Assembly (NCBI RefSeq): GCF_001949145.1
Contig: NW_019091356.1
Location: 3,330,934-3,394,933 of the forward strand
Source: Acanthaster planci
Taxonomy: Eukaryota
DNA length: 64,000 nt
Direction: 5' to 3'
Shown here: piece by piece, positions 28,340 through 41,400 of the stretch
Layout: every line of letters starts with the position of its first letter
How positions within the stretch are numbered: position 1 is the stretch's first letter
Notes under the pieces: model-generated
Database searches by the model: none
What the model saw: the letters and a program-made list of their open reading frames with translations, nothing else
Told to the model about the DNA's origin: nothing
Translations under genes and position numbers: made by a program

Positions 28340-31300
28340 TCAAGCAGTTGGCAACACTATCACCTGACCGGATGTTGACGGACGACTATCTTGTTTCCAT
28401 CTGAAAAAATGATAAGAAAAATCAAGTTTTCTTGCCATGAGGCTACTTTTTCGAGGCAACTTTAATTGTCACAAACCACGACTTACGACGGTTTATGTGA
28501 CTTGAACGTTGTCCACCTGTTTCAGTGATGGGATATAATCTTGACATAATCAGTATGAAACTTGTTATCTTACTTTGGTGGGGGTGACGGGAGTGGTATG
28601 ACACCTTCGACATCCGAGTCTTCGTCTGCTTCGTCATTGTCAACTATTTGGGAAGCTGCGAAAAAAAGATAAGGCAGAAAAACTTGTGTATTTCACAGAC
28701 GGCAACAAGCGCTGGATTCACCTGGGAAGATGGTACTCTCCAAACCTTCAAACTCTGAGTCAGGTTTGGATCCTATTCTGTCAGAAAATTACATGTACAA
28801 TTATTGAACAAATTATTAAGGTAAATGTACTTTTCTTTCCAGTCTGAGATTCTTTAAATTTTGTTTTCCAAGTGTACTGTATTTATCGAACGTTTTCCTC
28901 GCCTATGTCAAAAGCATGTTGTCCTCAACCCACAGGATTTGTCGAGACTACTGAACTACGGTAGGTAAGATGCTAAACCTCTGTCAATGCCAGAAAGGTG
29001 TAATGTCAAGGGCAGGACATTTATGAAAACTGCAATTTTAAGGGTACCTTTGCAAAACATTACGGCAATGTCATGATCGGAAAACACATGCTACCAAAGG
29101 AGAAAGATTTCATTACCTGCTGCAGAGAAAAGTTCCACGCCCCTGCCCGAGGGTGGCGACACGGTGTACGGCGAAATCAGGTCAAGCCGGGGATCTCTGA
29201 CCTTTGACATCTGACCTATCCCGGGCTGAATGAGAAAGGCAAATGGGCCAAGTTAGAAGGGTGTGCTTTGAAGAACAGACTGTATACAGACCATGGGCCA
29301 AAATCTGAGGGATTTGACAAAAAACGGGAGGGAATTACACTCACCAGAGGTGGATTTTGCCGTCTGGGTGTGTTAGTTGGTTGGCTGCTTGGCAGAATGC
29401 CAAGGGGGGTGTCCGCCTGAAAATTTAAAACAAAACCAGAAAAACATGAGAACCTCAGGAAAAAAAAAACTGAAATGTGATTTTGAAGTTTGGCTAGTCA
29501 CCTGCAATTTTGATCTATGTACCAAGAATGACAAACTTCTTTTAAATTAACCAGCCAGCAGGCAAAAATGAGAAAGGTGCCCGATTTACGAACTCCTAGT
29601 GTTCGAAATAAAGAGAACCACTCACTGCGTAGGACACGGACGCATGGTGGAGCGTGGCCGCTTGCTTCTGCAAAGTCTGCCTCACAAAACTCTCGTCCTT
29701 CAAAGCATACAAGCTGAAGAAGGTACAACAGAAACGACAAAACAGTGAAAAAAAAAACGTAGAGCAACTCAAGTTTACAAAAAATCAAATAGGGCTGATT
29801 ACAAATCAAGGCAACGAAGCATGCATATTTGCATTGAGTTGACAACCTCTGTTAATGACAGTGGTGGGGATCTACTTTCCTCTAGAGCTCTGTCCTGAAA
29901 AATCCTACCAAATCTCTTTCTAGACTGTGAAGGATCTAGGAGGTGGCGAGTTAATGCTCTGATTTCCTTCCAACCTTTTCTGCAGAATGGCAAATTTCTT
30001 TTCCCACATTCTGGTGGTCCTGGCAAGCTCTTTCTTCAACCTGGAAACGTTCACAGATGAAAGTCATCATGATTATTCATTACTTAAGCATGAATATTCA
30101 GCTTTGAAACGATATGTTGAGACCAATTTGACTGTAAGTATTCATCACCACTTCACAGGTATTCACGGCAACTAATTAATATTCACCCAATTTGACTCAT
30201 TTCCATGCCACCCTCTAATCACTCTCGCCAACGGCATGTTGAAAAAAAAAAAAGGACTTGGTTGTACCCAAAATTTGACTATGAAAAAGGGGAAAGAAAA
30301 AAATGGACAACCTTGCTACTTCCAGTTTGAGGAAGGTTTCCATCTTTCTCAGCCGATTGATATCGGTGTCACTCTTGGAAGCTTGCAAAGCATTCTCTCT
30401 TTCCTGCCGAATGGGGAGAAAAAAACAGAAAAACACTTCTGAAAGAAAATTGGAAAGAATCCCTTATCCAGTCATAACATACACTTGGTTTTGATCAGTC
30501 CAGGAATGTGGGCAAACCGGCATTTCATGACACAAACATTTTGGAAGTAAACTTCCCAAAACCCTCACTGTGCAGAAGTCCAGTGACACCTTGACTTTTT
30601 GAGGAGGCATCAAGTTCCACGTAAAGTAACACCTGGGCTCTACACTCCTAATTCCTACAAAATCCTTCAGAAATCCCTGAAAGATTTTGAAGGATCTGGA
30701 AGGGTACGGGTTAATGTATGAGTTTGATTGTTACGAAAAGCACTACAAGGAAACAACAAGACAGGATTCAAAGATGAAGACGGTTTAAACTCCACCGCTT
30801 TGAAATTTAGAGCTAGGGAACCTTCAAATTGGAATCCTGGATCAGATTTTCAGAGATCTCAAGACCCCTCGGTACCTTCTTCTCCAAAGCCAGCGCCGCC
30901 TTACGTTGTTCCTCCAGGATTCGCTGTCTCTCCTCTTCTTGCTGCTGGGCTTCTTTGGCGTGCTTCCGAGCCAGTGTCACCATCTGACAACCAACCATCA
31001 AAAACAAAAACGTGTCATGAATTTCTTGCTCGGGTTCTTAGAGTCTTCGTCACTGATATTTAACAGCTAGACTAGTTGCGCTGCGGCTAAAATCGGAGAA
31101 ATAAATGTGACGACAACTGACTACTTGCGATGAGCACACAGAGTATGACACCGGTTTACGTGATAATGCTTGATGGAAGGGGCTAGAGTGTTGCGAGACA
31201 CATCTTGCAGAGGAAAGCTGTCATTCCCAATCGGGAAGACAAAAAACAAAACCAGCGAGGCGACAGACTGAGGTGGGGGAAATAAGGTGAGAGAGCCTGT

Positions 31301-34300
31301 GAAGTAAAACAAAATGACACCAAGCAATATGCAACATCAAAACTCAAAACATGAATTTGACGAAAAATGCGCAAAAAAGGGACCGGGGGCAGATTCATGA
31401 ATCACAGGCAAAAGGCCACGGTCAAACTCTGTGGAAAGGGTACCCAATAGTCAAAACTTCTTGCAATAAAATTGGGTAAACATAGCCTTTATTTAAACTA
31501 ATTGACACAAGGTAAATAGATTACATTTGGGTGATTACAGTAAAAACCAGCATGTATTTTTTTTCAGTTATGATGAAAATCTATACCCATGATAAAAAGT
31601 GGCCAGAATTCTAACTTGCAAAACCTTGCATGCGAATGTGAACCCCGCAACCCAACCAAAATCCTCTGTGTGTATCCTGCTGCAGTGAATGAGAATTGCA
31701 ACATGGAATGGGTGCAGTGACAGCTGTTGAATATGCATGAACCTTGTACGACTAAACTACAACGCAATGAATATTCATGACAAACGTGTCATGTAAGGGG
31801 ACCAACTTTTTTGCGCTCCTCCTCTTTTGCTTCAATCATCTGGAAATTGAAAACAAGTCGAAGAAAGGTTGAATTCCTGAAACACACTCTCCATTCAATC
31901 ATTCTCAAAAACAGACCAGCATGTCTGACATTACCTCACACTTCATTTAGACTTGGGCAACTACCTCTCCTAACAATCTGAGAAACGTCAGTCAACTGTT
32001 AAGGGAGAAGACACATCTGGGCTCATTTTATTTGGGGGGGGAATAGATAAACTGGAATTTAAGAATCACCTCGTCTCTTGCTTTGCTCATCTTGTCCTGC
32101 ATTTCTCGCTCCATCTGCAGCCGTTGCTTGTCCGCCTGACTCATGAAACAGATATTCAAGATTTTGAAGAAAAGAGAAACCATAAAAAAAAACCACAAAC
32201 CCAGAAGCATGTTTACTGATTCTGAAGGAGTCGTGGTTCTGGCAATCGTTGAATTCAGGAATTGCAAACGAATGCTTGTACAAATACAAATAAAGAATGG
32301 ACCACAAAAGTAAAGACCAAAAAATTAAAAATAATAATAATCAAAAAAATGACTGAAACATCTAAATAAAACCAAACCCAATGACTGCTAGGATGGGTTA
32401 TATTCACGTCAATTTTTTTTTTTAAATGCATTTCAACAAATCTAAACTCTACTCACGTTTCGTCGTAGTGAGGCCAGTTCTTGTTGAGCTGTTGCTTTTG
32501 ATTCTTCCAATTCATGGAGAAGCTGAGAAAAGGAATTTTAAACATTTCCAAAAAAAGGATATTGAAAGTCATATGACAAAGTTTTAATCAATGGATTTAT
32601 TTCTGATTGAAATAATAAAGAAATTCCACCTTTGAATGATCAAGATGATATTTTACCTGTTTCACTTGTACTCTCTCCTTCTCCAGATCCTTTGTTAACC
32701 TTTCGACATCCTTGTCTGTTGGGGGAAAAAATAAGCCACAGATTAAGGTTTATGAAAAGTCGGTAAGACTGCAGATCAGTGGATGAACGAGTAAAGGACT
32801 GTACATTGCCTCCTTTCACCGTGTTTGCTCGAGCCTGGGCCGAGAATACTAGCTGAAAAGCGGGCTGAGGATCTCAATTTTTACGGTGTGTCTAGCCGCG
32901 TCCCGGCGCGAAGGGGTTAAAAAGTGAACAAACGACGTCCTTGTCAATAACAAACAAACAAAAGCTGAACAAACAGATGCTCACAGAGATCATCAATCCA
33001 TTCATCCTTGGCATCCACGGCCTTCTTTATGAGGTCACCACACAGACAATCATAAAGGAGTGAACAAACAGACACTCACTAAGTTCATCTATTTGTTCAT
33101 CCTTAGCATCCATGGCCTCCTCCATGGAGTCGATTCTCTGCTGCAGGTTCCCCATCTCGTCCCGCAGGTGTTCCACCTCGTACACGGCGCTGGGCGTGGA
33201 TGCCTCACTCCGCGGTTCCTGTCGAGTCGGAGAGAACAGAGAACGGAGTCGTTACCAGGGATCCAGAAGAGTAAAAGAACGTGGCAGAAACGGTTTGGGT
33301 CACTACGGATGTCATCTAACCGAACTTAGTCATTCTCTCCCAGAAGCACCAACTGTTTCCAATTCCAATATTCCAGTGTTCTGAGGCGTGTTTTTTGTCC
33401 TCTGCGAGGCAGGGAGAGGGGGCGAGGACTTTTTTCTCACCTGTGCAATTTGTGCAATCTGCATGCGGAGCATGTCGATGATGCCCTCCTGCTGGGCCAC
33501 CTGCTGCACCAGCTTCTCGTAGTCCTCGCCCATCTGATCGTTCTTGCTGGCCAGCCGCCGCTGCTCTGCTTGCATCTTCAGCCCGGCGTGTTTCTAAGGG
33601 GGGCCAGACAAGATGACGGCACACGTCTGAATTCAGTTTTCCCCAAATGAAAGAGCAGGGTGGTGCCAGACCCAGACAGAATCAGGCCAACTATGCGCCT
33701 TCAAATTTTTCCACAAGGCAGAGGCAAGGTCCTAAACATTTCACTTAAATTCCTTTCATTTCACTGAAACAGATTTTTAAAAATTTTTTCGCATCACCAA
33801 CTGCCATCTAAAAATGTTTTGAAGCACCAAAACGATTGAATGGGAAACCCTTAATGTTTTCAATGATGAAAAAAAAAGAATAGTGGATGAAGGATAAATA
33901 GAATCGAAAGGAGTGGTCATCAAGCAGGAAGACAGCTCTTACTTCATGAATACATCAATTAAGTCATAAATCAATTAATCGGTCAATCAATCAATGGTAT
34001 CTGTGATTACCTTCCAATCGTTGTTCAGCTTCACTATAGCATCTGCCAACTGCTGCCGGAAACTTCTCCGCACAATCTCCACCCTCTTGAAAATAAAAAC
34101 AAGACGATCATTCTTTAAACAAAATTTACTCTTCAGTGGCACCAATAAAAATGATCCACAAGGCAGGGCGAACTTCAGGACAGTTTTCCATCCACTATCA
34201 TCTCTTCGGCTTTGCTTGTGCGTGCACTGGGCCTAGTTTCTGGGAGCCTGCCGTCATTTTGAGCTTTGTACAGAACTGGAAGGTTTGGAGAGCAAAACAA

Positions 34301-35997
34301 ATAGAATTGAAAAGATAACGTTTTCATACAGAACCGATATTGGAGAGTACCACGCGTAGACCTTTAAAAGTTAGCAAGTATACTAGACAGAACAGAACAA
34401 GTTAGAGAGTATAGTATCCGCCCCAAGCGGGACCAAGAGAGGGAGCACTTTTCCCAGCAACAGAGGCTCCTTTGGTAGGGAACTGCACTTCGTTGGTTTG
34501 CAAGCAATGCCATCGCATTACTACCAACAAAGTGAATACTTCCCACCAACATGGCTCTTTTCAACCATTGAGGGGGTGCTTCTGCTCGAGGCGGATACAG
34601 AGTGCTTTATGGAATGCCAACCGGTGAAACAAACATGACAAGGCAACTTACCTCGGAGTGCATTTTCTGCAGTTCCTCCACCCGTTCGTTGATGCGGACG
34701 TACATATCCAGTGTCTTCTCCTGAAGCCTGTTCTCGTAGTCGGCCTGCATGACTTGCTTCGTGACCGCCAATTCCCGTTTTAGTCTCTGAGATTCCTGTA
34801 ACAGACAGTGAGGGGGAACATTTGGTTTGATCAAGTTCACGGTCTTGTGCCCGACTGTCATCTGAGGCCAAACAGGACATCTGACCTTTTGATCTTGTAC
34901 TGACCTTAAGGAGACCCTGTATGTCCTTGGTCATCTCCTTGAGGTTGATGATGTCGGACCGCTCCGTCTGCGTGGCTCGATCCTGACTGAAGAACCCAAC
35001 CTTCTGTTGGTCAGCGATGGACGGCCTGAAGAATTCAAAAATATTCTAGAGAAATTCTAGGATTTTGTTGATGACAGTTTGCAAAAGCTTATATGCGTAC
35101 TAAGCGGGACTAAGGGAAATGTTTTACAAAATTCCTGCAATAATTACAAGGCCTAACGTTATTAATGTTGGGCAATCAGTTGGTCAGTACCATCGTGCAA
35201 TTGCCTCGCACTACTACTAAGTACTAGGCTACTCAGGGGCGTAGCCTGGTTTGGCCCCAAGGGGTGCAATTTTCAAGAAAGTGGAACTCCAACTTCCAGC
35301 ATTTAAACAAGGAAGGCAAGTGCGCACGTGAAAAGCAGATTGCCCTTGATACACATATTTTCTATTATACTTTTTGGTCATCGTGTGTCAAAAACCCACG
35401 CATTTTCACCGTAATATAACAACGTACTGCTGTTTGGTTAAAAAAATAAACATATAAACACCTCAAGCGGAACTCCCTACTGCTGGTGTGGGGGGGGGTG
35501 CGTCGGCACCCCCTGCACCCCTATCTTTTGGCATATGTAACATCTAAATCTGACTAACTTGAAAAAACTGTCACATGCCTACTTCGACTAGTACCAACTT
35601 GAGCAGCCAAGCCTAGCCTAAGTGGGCATCTCGAACCGATTGCACATCAATATCTACCACTGCAATGAAATTCTACTGTGTTGTATTGACCTAGACCTAT
35701 ACATATTTAATGATCATATAACCAATTAAAAGGGGAAGGCCCTAACTACCCCACCCCCCATTTAGTTTGGCTTAATCATATGCGTCCGGAATCTGGGCAA
35801 TAAAATACCCCCCTCCAAAATCGACCCATCTTCAATGGTTCCACCGTGATTTACCGAATATCACCATCGTCATCGCCGGAAGAGTCATCCCCACTCGAGT
35901 GATCAGCAAGCATGGCATCTTCCAGCGCCAGTTTGGCCAGTTCTTGCGATGTCATTGCCGCAACAGCAAGCTTCGTTTCGGTCTCTTCTTCCGCCAT
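28340..35997 (-). CDS. C10orf67: C10orf67-like (DUF4709/DUF4724) coiled-coil protein, ~558 aa, ~18 exons
   Basis: Exons (minus strand) 35997-35855, 35025-34905, 34795-34652, 34085-34011, 33593-33441, 33218-33080, 32715-32657, 32522-32457, 32135-32070, 31839-31807, 30983-30876, 30403-30312, 30040-29975, 29713-29626, 29416-29345, 29225-29117, 28655-28574, 28400-28340 (1677 nt, in frame). The motifs RPSIADQQKVGFFSQDRATQTE and WEKKFAILQKSLYALKDE resemble C10orf67 as I recall it; the symbol needs HMM confirmation. Confidence 0.8.
32966..33126 (-). repeat. Local 95-nt-spaced duplication of an exon 3' end plus donor in the C10orf67-like gene
   Basis: 32966-33031 resembles 33061-33126 (IKKAVDAKDEWIDDL/GTGAGC versus MEEAMDAKDEQIDEL/GTGAGT). 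Confidence 0.75.
35234..35522 (+). mobile_element. Truncated non-autonomous DNA transposon (CAGGGGCGTAGC end)
   Basis: CAGGGGCGTAGCC..GGGGTGCA left end and GCACCCCCTGCACCCC right subterminal motif; the right TIR is missing. Confidence 0.45.
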
Positions 35998-36560
35998 GAT
36001 TTTCGTCGTTGCCAGGGCATTTATAAACTTGATCCCAGTCGGTTTGTAGTGGTGGAAAAGTTTAGAGATGATAAAATGAGGGCGCTGTGCAACAATACTG
36101 CGCGGGCGGGTCGAATCAGAGACATTATTTATGTCTGTGGGTCGAATCGAATTCCGTGACATAAACACGTGTATAATTTTGCAGTCGAATCATCGATTAA
36201 TCGTGAGCGTGATTTTACTTTTAGATGTCAGCTCCTTTTGGTGCGCAGCAATTATTTTTTTTCGATCGCGGCCAAAAGAGTTACAATTTGTTGAGACTAA
36301 CTGAAAGTAATAGCGATGACTTCCATGCGTTTATTAGTATTTTTTCAAACTTGACTGCATCGCTTTGAAGCAGAAAAAAAATTAAAAGTACCCGTTACTC
36401 CATGGTAATGACATATTAAAGAATGGAAAATACAGGAAATTTTCAATTGTGGGCCTAAATTTTTGTTGCCTGGGCAGCTGTGATTTCTTAAGAACTGATT
36501 TACTTAATAGACGATCTGTGGTGCAGAGCCTTGTTAAGTGAACGTCACTGCATAATTTTA

Positions 36561-36833
36561 TAAGAGATTCTATTGAGGACTTACCAGATGGATGATGCCA
36601 ACCGGCTTAATCTCCTCCTTCTCTTTCTTCTCCTTGCCTTCCCCCTCTTGGCTGCCCTTCCTCTTCGACGGCTCGCCGATCTCTGCAACCTCCCCGTTCT
36701 TCCGTGATGCAGCCCCAGTCTTCCTATTGCTGGCTGTGGAAAGGCCGACCTCTACACTGTCGTAGGGAGGGGGAGGCTCGCTGGGAGGGGCAGCATTGTC
36801 GGCAGCCCAAGTCTGGGGCTCTTCGACTGCCCT
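36561..36833 (-). pseudogene. Inverted partial duplicate of the first ABCB1 coding exon plus 24 nt of intron
   Basis: The reverse complement aligns with 51431-51706: by hand about 30 substitutions in 249 coding nt and one 3-nt deletion. ATG has become AGG; the donor is retained (GTAAGT). Confidence 0.9.
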
Positions 36834-38239
36834 TAACTTTCAATCGACAATTACGGCGAGAAACAGTGGCTGGGCTCCGTATCATCCTGTAAATCCACAC
36901 CCTATGAAACATGGGGGCTTGTACTGAAGAAAAATTACACGGCAAGTAAAATTTTATTGGTAATCTTGATAAAAAAAAATCATCACCCAAGAAATTGACA
37001 TGCAATAAAAAATGTGACCCCTAAACAGAATTCAAACACAGGCAATAAAGTAACCACGAACACCAGCCCAGCCGTGCCAGAGCACATTATATTGCAGCAC
37101 ATGTAGGCCTACATGTAGCCGAAAAACAAGACTTCCACCAATAACCTACCTTGCCCACATTGAAGTTAATTTCAGCATCACTGGCCTCTCACTGAGAAAG
37201 ATGAGGCCGACATGCCAACGAGAAATGGTACAAATCATGCATACACTTGTGTTTTGAGATTGGAAGTTGACCAATATCCAGCCAGATCACCTTTGATTTC
37301 CTCTCCACTGTAGACAAAGATGATGAAAAACGTTCATTCCACGTGAAATGAGTTTATTTATCCCGAAGAAATGCGATGTGCCAAGATTAGGCTTATTAGG
37401 TCAGTCTCAGAGTCTGATCCTTCTTTGGACTTTGAAATGGTTATTGCTTTTGTAATAAGATACATCTAGTGAGCGAAATGATTCAAACGATGACTTGGTT
37501 CAATAACTCCTTCCTCCATGCCACAACCTACGCGTACCTCAGTTGCTGCGCCTTTGTACTATAATTCGGGGAAACATTTTTTTCTAAAGCACATGTTGTG
37601 GCTTCTTGTATTACTACTGCTTATTTCAATCACTCATGTTTCCATTTCAAAGGAAACATTGGGGCAGAAATTGTTGCAAATATGCGTGTTACTTGTTTTA
37701 CGTTTGATGTGAATCCGGTGAAAAGTTTCATTCAAAAAAATAATTCAATGATCTTGCATATAATGTCAACTTTGATTTTCCTAATTCGAAAATTACTGTC
37801 TGTAAAAAATGGTTATAAAAGTATCGTTTTGTATTAAAATTCGTCTTTTCGATGCTACGCTGTACATTTGGTTAATTAATTAAAGACCTCTGCACTGATG
37901 AAACCACGCCGTGCGTGCGCAGAGCTTTCCTGTGGTGCTGGGCTTTCAACCTCTAATACTTGCACACTAGTGAAGAGTCAAACTCTTCATCTGCACATCA
38001 AAAAGGGTTCTTCTCGGGATATCTTTCACCCCGGATCATTGTTCAATTCATTATTTGTAAATAATGCAGTTGTACATATCAATAAATTAGACGGAAAATT
38101 GAATTTATAATGAATGAACACTTCTATGTACCATTTTGTAAAATCCAACAAAGTTTTGGGTCGTTGCTAGGGCGTGATCGATCCGCCTTGGTTAAACTTG
38201 CTTTGACTGATCTCAGACGATTTATTTGGGTAAAAGATT

Positions 38240-38484
38240 AGTTATCTTCAATAGAGGGCGCTGTGTAATCTCACCCGTATACCGCGAACCGGCGCGGCGC
38301 GGCGCGGCGCGGCTAGTGCGGCTGGCGCGGCACGCATATATCAAACGAACGTGATGAAACCTGCGTTACACGGTTCACGAATTCTCATCAACGAAATTCG
38401 ATTCGAAGCCATTTACTCATCGACCTAATGTAAGTATATCATTCGAGTTAGTCTGTTGGAAGAAATTCAACATTATAGGTGAGT
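38240..38484 (+). promoter_or_regulatory. Putative promoter and non-coding first exon of ABCB1
   Basis: Local CpG island with a (CGGCG)n run from 38290, then strong donors GTAAGT (38430) and AG/GTGAGT (38479). The ABCB1 ATG exon begins at an acceptor (51412-51413), so an upstream exon is required. Confidence 0.5.
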
Positions 38485-41400
38485 TTAAACTGTTAATTTT
38501 TACTTTTACCAAACCAAGCCAAACTTCTTTCCTTACCTTACGTAGCAGAAAAACAGCAATCGTTTGTGTTGCTTTTAATTATCACTGGATGGATAGAAAA
38601 GACAATTACATTCTATTTTCTGTCGCGCTTTTGCGCTTGTTTTTGTAGGCCAACTGTGCATGTAGTTAGCAACGTGTTAATCATGTTCATCATGGGAATG
38701 GCAGTCTTGATTTCTAGCGCAGTCCGGTGTGTACCCCCAGAACTGTGGGGTCCGACGTCTGCCCCGTTCATTTTCGAGGGGGGGTTCGTGGGAGCGGGGA
38801 AGACGTCGGATTCCACAGTTCTGGGGGTAGTCAGTGTGGTGTGTGATGAAAGAGTTTATGCATGCAGGACGTGGAGAAAAAACAATAAAACTGAAAACCA
38901 CCAAACACAAGTGCAGTTCTTTTGATTTCCAAGATTGTGTTGTGAACCCAAGACTTCTTTTCCCCAAGTAGTCTCAGACACATATTTCAATTACTACCTG
39001 AAAGAAGCTTGATTCTCTTAAACTTTGAATATGTAAGATAAAGACCTATCCATGTGTAGGACACGTACAAGGTTTGATGTTCACTGGGCACTGGCTTTTT
39101 GTCATATATGAAAGGGGATACATGCGTAACTTGTACTATATTACAGTATACATGTACATGTAGTGTAGCCTACTTTTCCTTGGCAAATTTGTGGGTTTTT
39201 CAGTTTACGTGGTTTAATTATTTACGCGTACATTTCCTGCGGCTTTATCGTTTTATATGATGAAAGTAACAAAGTGTCCATAGTTTCTTACTGTGTATTG
39301 TCTCCCAGCAGATAGCCAAAGACTTTTAATGCTAATTTGCTCCATTTACATCGACTACAATCTAATTTTTCATCCCATACTCACATTAAATTGACAAGGT
39401 TTCACAGTGTTTTCTTGTCAAATCAGCCATCAGGGACATAGGCCTACATGTTTTCCTAATTTCCCACATTTGATAGATGGCCTTGCAATAAATGCAGATT
39501 GTTTTTCAAATTCCTGGACAGTTGACCTATGACATGAGGGCTACGTGTAGCTAAAGCTCGACAGCAACGATAGTTGTAGTGTGCACTTGAAAATGAGTAC
39601 TTGTACAGTATGTACATATTTGGGCTTTTTGAATCTCAAATTGATTTGAAGAGCTCTGCAACAACTCTTTCAAATTTCAAGGAGGCCGCCCTCGTTAACA
39701 TTAACAGCAGGAATGGTGAATGAAGAACCAATAAATGTCGAAGTGACCTTAATTTGATCTGACAACATGATGTCATTCTTCCATTCCACCCCACCTCCAC
39801 TTAAAATCTCAAAAGTTGGTGCCACGTTGGCAGACCTATGCAGTTTCATTGATTAATCTCTCTATAGATATAGCCATTCCTCCATGACCTCACACAAAAT
39901 GGAGGCTCTTATTCTGTGGGGCCGTTGGGCTAGTATAATGGCCCATGCAGCTCCCTTCCACTTGCCACTGTGTGTGGTCATGGAATTACATCATCATGCC
40001 ACGTGTATGATCCTTCATTTCCTAGATGTGTTCTGTCCAGTGTTTATCATCATGTCCATATTTGGGAAGCTGCTGTCCCAAGGTTAAAAGGACAACTTGT
40101 GATTGGAAATTTCAGGAGCTGACCCCTAGTGAGGTGCATTTTTAACTATACTTGGTAATGTGTGAAGAATTTCAGTCTATCACAGTCTTAAAGAGTGCAT
40201 GAGTAATGCTTCTTCCCTGAATTTAGATAAACAAACAGGAAGTTGTAATCGGGGACAAAATTATGTGATTGCACCATCCACTCCAGCAATTCTTTTCAAA
40301 GCCATTGGCTCGTGAAGGAAATGTGTGGAATGGTGGAACAAAAATCTGACCTCGGAGGAAGAAAGTTCTGTTACCTCTGTTGATTTATAGTCTGTTAAGA
40401 AAAAAATCTAGGCTAAAGAAATATCTGAGTGTGTTCAGACCTTTTCCATTTGTTATGTTGTCAAAAAAGAATTAACTTGAGAAGCGAAAAAAGGTAGCCT
40501 TTGTTGGAACACGTGGTAGGAAAGTCCAAAACTACCGGAGGGGGGAGGGATAGCCCAGGCTATCATGAATTGTTAAACTGTGATGGTACATCAGCTCATT
40601 GCGCATTGTTATTCTGTTTTACAAGCATGACTTCACTTCACAACATAGTCACAGCATAGGAGCTACATGCAGGCATTGTTCCCCTGTTGTAACTTGTCAG
40701 CAGCAGAGCTGATCATGGGGCTGTTGTATGGCTGATGAAGACCTTGGCCCTTTTTGCGACATGTATGCATGGGTGTGCCACTGGCAGGGGATAACGTCAT
40801 CCTCAGACAACATGTATGTGTTTGATCTCTCATTGCTCTTTCACAGAGATCTGTTTGACACTGAGTGTTGTATTGTTTGAAGAAGACATTTGTTTAGTCA
40901 AAAACGTGCATGAGTAATGTTTCTTCCATGAATTTGGATTCGGAAGGGAAAAGGTGTGATGCTGAAAAGTGGTTGCATCATTGTAAGAAGCTGTTCTTTT
41001 TAATTAAAAGCAGTTTGGCACACAAAGGAAATGTGAATTGATGAGAGAAAAACATACCACTGAGTATGGCGTCGAGGGAAAATTTCGTGCAACTGTAAAT
41101 ACAATCTTCCAAGAATCAGTTGACATCACTATGCACTGATAAATATGTACATGGAAGTTTTCAAAATCTGAAAAAAAAAGACCTGTGAGGTTGAGATGTG
41201 ATTGTACCATCATAGAAAGCTGTTGTTTTAAAAGAAATCTGGCAAGGGACAGAAATGTGACATGAGGAAAGAAGCACAGAATATTACCACCAGGCTTGGT
41301 GGGGAAAAAACCCTCACACCTGTTTGTTCTCAGAACAGCTTTTTTGAATCGCAGCTTTGAAGAATCGGGTAATGTCACATTTGACTTTATACTCGTGAGC

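Noticed and set aside
28722..28772. Extra 51-nt in-frame exon of C10orf67-like (GSKPDSEFEGLESTIFP)
   Set aside because: It is not needed for the frame, and a competing upstream CAG acceptor would give an immediate stop; unsupported without RNA data.
35998..36168. N-terminal extension of C10orf67-like shown in the ORF track
   Set aside because: The composition looks like promoter/UTR, and the ATG at 35997 has a good context (AAAATCATGG).
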